The translations under genes were made by a program, and so were the position numbers. The notes under the pieces are model-generated. The model ran no database searches. It worked only from the letters and a program-made list of their open reading frames with translations, and had not been told where the DNA came from. This document shows positions 48,501 through 60,500 of a stretch of 64,000 nucleotides of DNA, one piece after another. The stretch is from Raillietiella orientalis. Lineage: Eukaryota. The first letter of the stretch is position 1, and every line of letters starts with the position of its first letter. The stretch is taken from positions 2,666,001-2,730,000 of the forward strand of contig JAYWIR010000014.1 in NCBI GenBank assembly GCA_036172245.1, read 5' to 3'.

Positions 48501-51500
48501 TACTTACATCGGAGCAGCCCGCCCACTCCCAGTTTTTCTTCGTGTCGGTCTTCCGGATCTTCTCGTCGCATCCGCAGATCGTGACTTCTCCCCTGGAGCA
48601 GGTCTGAGTGATGGAGTACGCGATGGCGGAGGAGGAGATAGCGTACAGGAAGGCCTTCTCCCGGCTCCCTGGAAGGGCGTCTCGTGAGAAACCAAACTAT
48701 ACCCCCCACCCTAATCCCATCCATTCCACATTACTCCTCGCCGCCGAAGGGCACCGGAACGACCGCCGCTGACGTGGCACTCCGCCCGCCACCCGCACCC
48801 GGTGGCGGCAAGCCACTGGCGCATCGCGCGCGCGCCGGTGTCCGCCCGGGAAGGAGTTCGTTCGTTCCCTCCCACGACCAGGAGGTCCTGCGCTGTTGCG
48901 AGACGGGGGGCGTGGGCATCTCCAGCAGATCTCTCTATGGCGGAGTGGGGTGGGCGGGAGGTCACCTGATGAGGGTCTCGTGCCCGACCTGTCCGCCGCC
49001 CGAATGTGCGGACAACGCTCGGGCACCGGGGCGGTCACGGGTACCGGATCCCGCTGCACGGAGATTCTCCTCGCAAAGGCGGTTCGTCTCTCGCGCCATC
49101 CACTTGCGCAGACGGCCGCCGTGGGTCCCTGACTCCCGTTACCATGGAGATCCGTGCTGGCGCGGCTCCGTGGCGCGAGTGAGAGATTTCGCGTGGGATT
49201 TCGATGCGAACCCGGCTCGAGCGCTTCGTCGTCTTCAGGCCCCGAGCGACGAATTTTCTCCTGGAGATGACAGTCCTCGTTACCATTGTTACTGCATGTC
49301 CCCAGGCAAACAATTCGGATTTTCCTGCCTCTGTTGGGTTCAGGAGATTCGGAAATTGGCGAGGAGACAGGAAAAAACCAAAAACTGCGGAAGCAAAACA
49401 AGCAGGGAGAAGGAGGAGGAGGTCTGCCTCCTCATAGCAAGCCAGCCTCGTGGACCGAAAGAGATGGGTCACACAGAGGATAGTTGGACTACTGGGTCGA
49501 TTCGGTGATTGGCGATTCCTCCCCAGTAGTACAGCTTTCATAACCATATTAGTAGTAACCTCAGTGACCGTCAGTAGTGATCTTTCTTCTCCGAATGCTG
49601 CAAATGGTTTTGATTTGCTGCGCTGCAGAGAGGATGACAGCTCCATCTCATGTGGATTTCCGGGCACGCCCCTGTCCAGCAGCAGCCAACAGCGCTTGAC
49701 TTGGCTCTTACCCTCCGAGGCACGTGAGGAGCAGCCACAGGAAGAGCCTTTCGGCCTGCGGAGGCGCACCACGAGCGGACGCATGCGGGTCGGCTCGGCC
49801 GCAGCACTTTGAACTCCGCGCGCAAGGGGGGGGGGGGGGAGTGCCACTCCCGTGCACGTCATGGAGGCGACGACGGCGTCGTCGTTGCCTGGGAACAGAG
49901 TCGCGGAACTTGGCTCTCTGACCCTTCTTAACCCTCGGCACTTGCACTTTCGTTTTGCCCACAGCTTCCTCCTTCCTACGCGAGTCCGTGGATTCGGCCA
50001 CCCCGTTTTAGTCCATCCGCAGCGAGCCGTTTGTACGCTGGGCGCCTGGGGAAACGGAAGGAGAGGAGAGCGAGATCCGACATTTTTTTTTCTTCCCCTC
50101 GAGACTAATTTTGGCTCGGAGTTGTTCGGCATCCACGCGGGTGTGGCGCCCTCCAAAATGAGGGGGACGTGGAGCTTCGTGGAGTGCCCTTTCCTTCCCT
50201 CCCTCCCATCGACTACAAGTGAAGGATCCTTCTTGGCCGAATGGGGCGCGAGGAAAAGTCGGATCCCTCGTTTTCCAGACCCCTCCCCGCTGGGTGCGGC
50301 AGCGTCCTGCACCCGCGGTCTCACAGTGAGAGCTCGACCCTCGCCCTCTTGCGAGGGAACGTCCCGCAGTCTCTCGCCGTGGCCCTTCGCGAGTTCCGGT
50401 CGCCTTTGCTACCGAATGTATCCTATTTGCCTGCGAGAATGTCCAGACGGCGCCGCTTCCGTCTCTCCCTCCTCTTCTTCCCTGGTCCTACGTGCTTTCG
50501 GAAGGCGTCTTCCAGAGCGACCTTCCAGTCCTCGAAGATTGATCCCCCCCTTCCTTCCCGTCTCCCCTGCGACGTGATCCGTCCGCCACGCTGAGACAGC
50601 GGGAGGGCAGGAATCGACCACGGGAGCTGCCGGTTCTTCGGGAACGGCGAACGTCCGAGTCCCGCCGCAGCCTCTGGAGGAACCTCCGCTGGAGTTGACG
50701 CAGTTCCCCAGAGATGGCGGTGCCTGCGACTCGGCCGTGGATGGTGGCTCCTGGGGCTCCTACCCGAGGTCCCGAGACTGGCAGCAGCGCTAAGGGGAGT
50801 CCGCCTGTTCATCCTCCCTTTCCCTTACCCTGCCTCTGAGGGTTCGGGAAGCGCCCTGCAGCCCTCGGCCCGCGGGTCGTGGGAGGCGCCGCGGAAAGAG
50901 TGCGAAGAAATGAGCGGCAGTACTTACTAACTTTTATTACATCTCCGAAGAGATTGGGGGAGCTGTCATTGATGGAACAGTTCCATCTCTTCATGCTGAA
51001 CTGGTGCTGGCACTCGGCGATGCTCAGCCTCGCCCCGCTCGCCACGATCTGCAAGGAGAAGGAAGAGCTCAGTGGACGTCTCGGGTCGCCGGGTCGCGAC
51101 CGCGGGTGGTAGCCAGGGGGAGGGCAGCTGGTGCTCGCAGGAAGCTTCCAGGGAGGACGAGGAGCATCTGGCCTGGAGTCCGGATGGGGTTTGGGTCCTC
51201 ATCGTCCCGGGAGCCTCTCGGCTGCCCGCGGAGGGGCGAGGGAAGAAGGAGGTTTGGGAGGCGCAGGGACCTGCCAAGGTGGCGAGAAAGGTTAGCCCCG
51301 CACGGCAAGGGACCGGGAACGAAGGTGCCCTTCCTCCTCCCCCACAGCGTCTCTCACTCTCCGGAGCCCGCCCGAACCCTACGCCTCCGAGTGCCGCCAA
51401 CCTATCCTCCCTCCCCCCCCCGTTTCTCCGATAGGCGAGGAGCGCCTCTTCCGCGTGATCGCGGGGACTCCTCGGCAGGTGGGGGAACGTCCCCTCTTCC

Positions 51501-54500
51501 CTCCTTTCCGAATCCCGTGCCGTCAGACCTCGGAGGACGTGAGTGGTGGCTGCCGAAGGCAAGAACGAGCGAGAGACCGACCGGTCGGGGAGCGCGGGCC
51601 ATCATCGCTCCCGATGATGTCCCGCGCTTACTATCGCCCTTGGGCGTGCTTCTCGAGAAGCAACGCCGGGTGAACAGAGACCTCTCCCGATTGATGTTGC
51701 CGCCGCGTCGGAGACTCTCTCCTTTCCGAAAGGGGGCGCTCGCTTCGATCCCGCCGAGGTTCAGAGTCTTCCGGGTTTGCTTCGCCGGGTTTTAGGAGAC
51801 CCTCAGGGGCGGATGCTGTCCAGGCTCGAAGCGTGTCGGCCGCGCCCTCGTCCCTGAAAGGGATAGGTCGACCTCCCTCATCTATGTCCTGTCTTCCGGT
51901 GGAGGACGGGAGGAGGTGGGAGGGGGCCTCCTGCAGGGACTCAGGCGGGAGACGGCGGCGGGAGCCCCAACCGTGGAGGCCCAGAAAGCGCCGAGCGCGT
52001 GCGATCCGCCTTCACGAGCGGAAGGCACCTTCATCCTGCGAGTGCTTCACCCCTTCCTCTCCCTCTCTCCCTCCCGGAGGGAATCATTCATGGTGTATCA
52101 TGGAGCTGGTGGGTTGATGGCACCTCTCCAGAGTGCAAGAAGAGTGCTGCACCCTTCGGGGAGTGACTCCTCAGAGAAAACTGGGAAGCGTCCCTTAGGG
52201 GTTCTCTTCAGAAGGGCAAACGGAGCAGTTCCTTTGTAGGGTGCCTTCCGAGGAAGAAACGAAGAGTGGAACCCTTCCACCTTCCTGGGGTACCTCCGAA
52301 GAGGATAAGGGGGAGGTTCACCTTGAGGGTTCCCTCACGAGCATAAGAGGAGCGGACTCCTTCCAGAGTCCTTCCTGGATTCATGGGTGGTCCCCTTCCA
52401 GGGTACGCCCTATCTTGAAGAGTCACACTCATCCTCGGGTGGCGCGGAGTAGCGTCAAGGAGCTGCGTGGGTCGCCAGGCGCGCGCGACGGCTCTTCAGC
52501 GCTCGGCTAACCAAAGAGAAAAAAAAAGAGAACCTGGAAGGAAGGAGAAGACGAAGAGGAACCCAAAAGGGTTTCCATTTCCGGCTTGGTCGCTGCGCTG
52601 TTGACTACCTCCGCGCCATCTATGTGCCCGGCACGTGTCCGAGGCTAAGGGATCGGAGCCTCGGGAACGTGACTAGAGCACGCCTGGGACCACCGGAGGG
52701 ACCTGATGAAACCTCCCCTCCCTTCCACCTACCCTGCAGCCACTTCCTCCCTGCTTACCGACACTGCTCGGCATCGACCGTCGTGCCTACGAACCCGTTT
52801 CGCACCGCCGGCGGGCGCACACCCGTGAGTCTACCCTTCCCCCCCCCCCTCCGCCGTCGGACTGTGTCCCTCTCTCGGGAGAACTGGCGCCTTCCGGTGG
52901 TCCTTGGCAGAGGAGGAGAACCTAGTAGGACGCGAGTTGCTGCGGAGCCGGGAGAGCAGCGCTGGCACTCCCTCGCCTCCCGGTTCACCTCCCGGAGCGA
53001 AGGAAAGCGACCGATGGGTCGGGATGAACGCGAAGGATAGGTCCTTTCGGGTCACGAGGGGGTAGTTTCGGGGACAAGCGCGGATCCGTGCGATGCTGCG
53101 ATGGACCAGGTCTGCGAACGGGAAGGCGTGGGTGGATCCCTGCTGGAATACCTCCCGAAGCAGGCCGTCAACCACAGCTTCCTTTGCCATCTGACCCTAG
53201 ACAGCGGCCCCGGAAGGGGACAAAGGGAAGGCGGCTGACGCCTCCTGCCCCCTTTGTCCATCCTTCCTGGAAGTTTGGCCTTAGTTCAAATCGGCCGGCT
53301 TCGTACCGGGAACTAATTCCGTGGCCACGGCGACCAGGCTCCCAACTGGGTGGACCGCTCCCGGAAGCATGGAGGGCACGCGCCGAGACCGGATACAGGG
53401 ACCCTTCCCAATGTTCCCGTCCAGCCTGGACGGGATGACCACTTAAAGTGGGATGAAACCTCTGTCTTCCCGGAGGATGACGCCCACCCCTGGGACAGAG
53501 GAGTGGAGAGGAAGGCATTGACGAAAGATTCCTGAACGGGAAGCGAGCAGGAGACCCTCAAGTGCCTCGGGAGTGCATCGACGACAACTCAGGAGACAGT
53601 AGCTGTCCGGGACCTGCCGGGACCGGCGGCGCGCGGGGTGTTGGCGAAGTGGCGGCGGGGATGTCCGGCGATTCCCTGCCTCCCGGAGGCGCTCAGTCAG
53701 TGTCCTGGAACGAAGCGGGCAGTCGAAAGAGGCGGCGGGGGGGAGGGGGAAGATGCAGAAGGGAGGCAGGGAGGCGAGGCCCGGGAGAGCTCCGGCCGCA
53801 CTCCGCGCCGCGGACGGCGCCATCCCGCAGTCAGAAAGACGAAGGAGACCCGCGGTGCCACGGGAGCTCCCTGAGCCCATTCTCCGTGGCCGCGCTCCCC
53901 TTTCCGTTTTTCCTCGGCTCCGGAGGCACTGTTGTGGTCCCTCCAGGCCCGGTCCTTCGCCCGAGCTTCCTGCCCAGATGAGGTGGTGGCCGCTCTCGAG
54001 ACACGAGACGCCTTCCTCTCCCGAGAGGGCCGCTCACGAAGCCTCCGAAGCCCTCCGGCACGGCTCGGGTTGCCTGGGAGACGCGAGCTCGCTAGAGTCC
54101 CGCCCGAGTCATCGAAGGCTCTTCTTCCCGCCAAGGGCGCGCCCTCCCCGACCCCTCTGAAGAACACTCAGAAAGCACCCTTGAAGCGGATGCTCTGGAG
54201 GGTCAGGAACCTTGCGCCCGATGGGCCAACCACACCCGTGTCCTCGAAAAGTCTCATTGGCGCCTTTTGTGAACCGGGCGCGCTCCCTGCGAGCGGCTCG
54301 CCTGCCTCCGTCGCGGTTTCGACGCGCGGACGGGGACCACCCACCCCTCCCCAGGACCAAAGATGTAAGGGACCACTAGCTCGCCACCTCCGCCTGTCCC
54401 CTGAGGGCATCCTCTGCTCGACTCCTGCCCGAGCAGATGAAAGCCGCGGGAGGGTGGGAGCGCCGCTTCCCTCGGCTGCGTGGAGCAGGACGCTGAGGAC

Positions 54501-57500
54501 AGTGGGCTGCCCTTCCGTCGAAGGGATGGGCGATCGTCCCCTTCGGTTCCGCTGACCCACGGAAGGGGGAGAAGGGAAGAACGCACTCCCTCCGCCCTTT
54601 CCATCCGCTTCGTCCCCTCTTCCACCCGTCCTGCTTTCCGTGCATGCCAACTCCCTTGCGCCAAGAACGTGCGCCAGTAGGGGGGTAGAGCATTTACGTG
54701 GAGAACTTTTACCTCTAGAATGTTGTGGCTGAGGTTGCAGAGCTCCCTCTGCTCGGGCATCAGGTAGGGCAGCTTCTGGCACTCGTTCCGGTAGTTGGCC
54801 GGAGTAACCTCCGCCACGCCCGGGTGGTGGGTCGAGGGCATCCCCAGCAACCTGGAAGCAGGGAAGGCGCTTCAGAGGCATCCGCGACGGGAGCAGGAGA
54901 TCGCCCCCAACAGGACGATCTCTCCGGTAACCCCAAGACCCTTGCGCGCATTGGGCCCGGATCCGACAGGAACTCTCCTTCGTGCCATGGTGGTAGGTCG
55001 TGGGGGGTCGCTCCCCCCTCTCGGCAGCCAAACGAACCGGAAAATCCCCATGTGCTCCGTTCTGGCGCAGCCGGGGATCTCGGGACCGAGCCTGCGTCCG
55101 GGCGCGCGCGGATGAGAGTGGACCACGTCCACGTGCTCCAGGTGCGGGGGAGCAAGCAGGAACGGGGGTCGCCGTCTTCCTGGAACGGAGAAGCAGCCCT
55201 CGCGCACCTCCACTCCAGGAAAAATCTCCCCCTCTTCACACGCACACCCCCGCACCGAATCTCCAGCTTGAGCCACGAGAGCCTCATTTCCCCAGACCCT
55301 CCCTCCCCCCTCGTCCGTAAGACGAAGCGTGCCAGCGGGACGGCTGCCTTTCCGAGATCTGACCCTCGGTGTGCGGCAGAGAGAGAGAACATCCGAACAC
55401 TTCCGGGCATCGAAGAGGACGTGAAGGAAGGATGCGAGACGGACGTGAAAACGAGCGGCCTGTCCGGCGGAACCGCTGGACGGGCCACCGGACGGGAAGG
55501 GAGACGGGAGACGGGGAGACATGACTGCGAAGAGGGGGTTGCGCCATGAGAGCCGTCTCTTCTTGTGTCCTCCACACGATTCGAGAAGCTCCTCAGACTT
55601 GCGCGAGAGAGGAGACGGAGGAGAGGGAATTGAGTCGACAACGAGTCGCTCTTGCGCATTCGATGAGCGTTCTTCTCGATCTTCCTTTTTTTTTTTTTTA
55701 TGGGACTGCGTTCCTGCGCTTTTACTGCCCTGACGCCAGCATCCGCACGATTCATTCCCAGAATTTATGGCTGCACGTTTGCTTCCTTGTTCCATCGTAA
55801 ACCTCCTGCAGGATGGAGGCGTCTCCCCGGTGCGCTGCTGGAATTTTTGCCTTCGAGATTCATCCCTCCGCTCCTGCCGCTCCCACAGGATGCGGGAGAC
55901 GTTCTGGCATTCCTCGCTCAGCTCGTGACTGTTCCCGCGAGTTCTGAGGAAGAGTTCATAGGGGCCTTCTCACGGAAGGGCCACTCTGGATCTCGTGGGG
56001 AAGAAGCTGGCTGCCGCTACTCTCGGGAGTCAGGGAGACGAATGGTGAGCGAGGAGAACGAGTTTGCAGTCGGCTGCCGTCGCTAGGAAACAGAGAGCGA
56101 TAGAACCACAAAAAGAGCAACAGAGCCAACCAAACAGACGCAACAACGGAACCACCATGGAAACGGAAACGGATCCAACAATGGATCCTGCCTAGAAACG
56201 GAAAGTCGAGCTCCGCGGTATGCCGACAAGAGACAGCACACTTGCGGGAGCCTCCTTCTGTATGCGCGCCGGGAGGCGCTCGGGGCAACTTTCAGGATTA
56301 AACGATCTGGAAACCCTCGTTCCTTCTTGGGAGCAAGGGTGAAGGGGAAGGTGTGAAACCCGTGAGTAGGGACGCCAGGGGCGGTCTCTGTCCTACTCAT
56401 GGAGTCCCACACGGGGAGTAGCTTCTACAGGACTCTGGTGCGCAGTGCATCCCTCCTTTCCCTTTTCTTCCCAGTTTTTCTGTTATTCTCCGTGATCCTT
56501 TCCCCTCCCCTTTCTCCCCTCATCCTCTCGAAGCACACTTGGTTCCCTCCCGGCGATCCTCGGAGGCGCATCCCACCCCACACGCTCCCCGTCCCTCCCA
56601 CTCACTCGAGGCCTTGCAGGTTTCCACCGGAGGACCGCTGTCGGTGCGATGCTCTCGCTCGTCACATGGTTCAGACAGCCGGATCAGATCTCAACAGCCA
56701 ATGAGGAGCACCCAGAACACTCGGCGGCGGCGCGCAGCTCCTCGCTGGCTACTGCAGCGCGATACGGCGAGACGTCTCTGCCTGCCGGCGGCCTCCTGTA
56801 GCACCGAAGCTCTGCCGGAGGGCGTGGGGGGAGGAAGGAAGCGTGTGTTCTCAGATGCGTCGCGAGGTCATGGGTGATCTCTGAGGAGTCCTCCTCGCGC
56901 GCTCCTTTCTTGGAGGCAACGGACGACGGCACCTCGCCAGCAAGGGAAGAGGGCGGAATGGACCGAGATTGCGCTTCTTGGAACGCCCACGTCTCATCGT
57001 TGCGAGCACGAGGCGCTTGTAAGGGAGGGGAAGGGAGTCCTCCCCTTCTCCCCCGAGTCGTCTCTTGTCTCTACCTACGTCCTCTTGCCCAGAGCGACGG
57101 CGTCCCAGAGGAAGGGCACTGCGCGTCGCCTCCGTTGCCGCAGAAACCCGCCCGCTCGCTCCGCCTTCCTGACACCCCGTTGGCGATAGCGGGAGGCGGA
57201 GGCATGGTGAGCGGGAGGGGCGGGTCCTGCAGCGACGCCTTCATCCTCCCCTCCCTGAACGCTCCCTGTAGCGGTGAGAAGGAGGGGGATGCGCGGAAGT
57301 GGGGCGGTACTCTCGGAAAGCTCCCTCCTAGTGCCAGGAGATCGACAGAACCCCTCTTGCGTCAGAAGAGTCCTTTGGGAGGAAAGGGGGCTGGAGGGCA
57401 GCAGCCTCCCCACCATCGGACTGGTCTCCGTTTCTTGCGCAGCCTGAAGTTCGGGGTGACACCCTTTCTCTACTCCGCTCTCCCAAGCAGCGCACCGGGG

Positions 57501-60500
57501 GGCGGTCGAGCGAGACTGCTGGAAGCGCCGGAAGAGCGAGAAAGTCCTGCTGAAAAGGACATCCTGGCAGATCTTCCCCCTCCCTCCCATCTTCCGCAGA
57601 AGGATCCTCTCCCAGAGTTTCCGGCTCGCACTCCCCCGCAGACGGCAGGAGAGCCGCCCGCCTGCCTGACGGGAGCGCGCCCGCCAATAAAGGCTTCGCA
57701 TCGAGAGAGAGGTGCCGCTCTGTCGTGGCTGCTGAGGCGGGGAAGGCGGAGCGCCCCCCTCGTCCCTGTCCCACCAAACTTTGCTCGAGGGCGAGTGGAC
57801 CAGCGCAGGGCTCCGGCGGTCGTCTTCCTGACCTCCAGGGGTGGCGGGGGCTTGCGACTCTTCCGGTGCCCTCCCCCTTTCTTCTCCTCGCCCCGCAGCG
57901 GGTCGACCCTCCCTCCCGACCACGCCGAGTGCCACTCCTAGAGGATGAGGAGGCGACCTTGGCGGGCGGGCGGGGGAGCGAAGCGACAGAGATCAAGGCC
58001 GCTGGGAAGCGCCGTCCCTCCTCCTCCCGCCGGCCGCCCCTGTCGCTGCTCCGTCTCCGCGGGACCGGAGGCTCGCCGCTAGGAAGCTGTGTTCCCTTGG
58101 AAACCGCTCCCTCGGCCTCTCCGCGGCGCATGGTGCGCGCTCTTCAAAGCCCTCGCAGCGGATCTCGACCCAGGGGAGGGAGGAAGGGGGACCACTGGAG
58201 GCGCAACTGGGCAATATGTGTTCCTGAAGGGGCCATGTGGTTGACCTTGACGACGACGGCAACGAATGAAAACGGACGGAGTTTTGCCGCCCTCGTTCCA
58301 AGTCCCCCGAAGTCTCCTGACTGTTTCGGGAGACCCCAGGAAGACAGGAACGGGAGAGGGTGTGCCATTGGCTCGCGCGATCGTAATCTGAGCACGTGCT
58401 GACGCGCGCGATCGAAAGACTCAGAGGGAGAAGAAGGAAAGGAAGTGGGAGGAGGAGGAGGACCACCGGAAACGGGTCGTCATCGGTCAGCACGTCGCCG
58501 ACAGGCCTCGACGTCCGCCCGAGGCCCCCGAAGCGACGTGGGTCTCCACGGGCGCGAGGTGGTCCGATAAACGTCCGCTCGGGTCCCCAGGAACAGGAAG
58601 CGGGGAGGAAGGAAAGGCTGCGAGGGGCATATTTCGGCCCCCACTTTCCCTCCAGAAGATCTCTGGGAGTCTCCTCAGGAAGAGATCCGGCAGCAGCCGG
58701 GAGGTCGCCTGTCGTCAGCCCTGCGGCCTCCTTCAGCGAGAGCTCAGGGCGGACGAAGCACGTTGCGCCACCTGGGACGGGAGAGGGAGGCGAGGGGGCA
58801 GCGAGCAAGTGGAGCAGGAGGCTGGTGCAGCAGCAGCGATTCGCCAGAGCGTTCCAGTCGTCAGTAGCAACCAGGGGCCGCTTGCAGATTCCAGTCAGAC
58901 GGCACGGTCCGTCCCGCGAGACGGCCGAACGGCAGAGGCGGAGCTTGCAAGGGGAGTGAGGATGAGAGGATCAAGCAGAAGCGGGGACCGACCGAGAGCC
59001 CCGCCTCCCCTTCCCCTGTGGTAGGGTGGCACCCCGTTCCTCCCCGAAGAGTTCACGTGGGGATCGAGAGAGCTGTCTGGTGCTTCGGGTCGCCCTCCGC
59101 CGCCGTGGCAGTGGTCGCGCCCCTCGGCACGCCCTCCGCGAGCCGCGAGCCTCCCACGGCGCGGCCTCCAACGACGAGGCTTTCGGCGGCTCGCGCGACC
59201 GGTCGTCCTCTTCGCACCGCTCCCATGTTGACGCTCACGTTTCCACAGTGGCTCGAGGGAGAGTTCCCCACTCCATCCCCTTCCCGACTAGTTCTGTCTG
59301 TAGGAACCTGTCCCGTTTAGAAGAGAAGGAGGGGAGGAGAGGTCGACCATCAAACCGCGAGAGGAACGTACCGGAGGGAGAGCGTCGCTGTCTGAGGTCG
59401 GCGAGTCCAGAAAGCTGCGCATCGACCGCTGCTTCCCCGCCCCACGCGTGCCCTGCTCCCCTGAGTGGGCTCTTCCCGGAACGGAGGGCCGTCCCCAGGC
59501 CGATGGCCAAGTCCAATCGCAAACACCTTGAAGTTCATGAAAGTCCTCCACAGCGCTGACCGGCCACCTCGCTGGCGGATCATCGGGAGGTGCCCGGATG
59601 GGCAGACTTTCCGGGTGGCCCTTCCACGGTCGTCCACTCTTCGTTCCCCGGCCTTTCCCTCCCCTCCCGCGTGAGCTGCGGCCCGAGAAGCGACCGCGGC
59701 GGCTGTGCTTCTGCTGCCGGGTTGGCTCCGCCTTCCCCTGGGTGCTGGGCGGAAGGAAGAACCGAGGTCACCGCGAATCGCGGTGCCCTATAGGTGGGGG
59801 GGGGGGAAGGGGCGCTAACGAAGGCACCAGGCCATGTGGAAAATTCTGCGGACTTCTACGGCTGCCTGCTGGAGCGGGACTCGCTCCTACTCATCCACGT
59901 GAGACCGCGGCCGGCGCTCGAGGAAGCTGGCATCCCTGATGGACGGTGTTCTCCCCCCCCTTCCTGTCCGCTTCGTGGTCAGCGCGCTTCCAATCTCGGT
60001 AGGACACTCTCCTAGGGACGAGTCCCGGAAGCGCCACGGCTGTGACGGAAATTTCCCGTTCCTATCCGGACACCTCCCCGGAAGGGGATCTCCCTGCCAG
60101 GCAGGACGGGAGTGGGCCCTTTCTCGGAACAGTGAGCGGAAATGGGCGGAGGACGCCCTTTCCACCCGGGACGCTCAGCAGGCTCTTCCGCGGCTGGAGC
60201 TGAGATGCGAAGCGCACTCCGTGGGAAGAAAGGGGAGGGGGTGGGGGTGGGGACGAACATCGGCGCTGAGTCCACCCTCGGACTTCCAGCGGACGGCACG
60301 ACGGAGAGCTAAAAAGCTGCGTGGTGCACGCGTGCAGGCACTCAGACCTCCAAGAGCGGCTCGTCCAGCTCCTCGGCATCCCGGAGGCCTCGGATACCAC
60401 GAGAGTTCTCCCGTGGTCCCCAAGGGCGACGAAGGACCGGGCGACGACGATGCTTTCAGTCCGGACGGCCGACGGGGGTGGGTTAAGGCATTCTCGCGAT

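Noticed and set aside
48966..48990. Hammerhead ribozyme core CTGATGA (also near 38358, 52703, 63250)
   Set aside because: No stem II followed by GAAA and no closing stems.
56030..56160. Hydrophobic minus-strand ORF ([14 protein letters not shown]...) as WntA exon 1
   Set aside because: No phase-2 donor after a Trp codon following the hydrophobic stretch. 63165-63089 fits far better.
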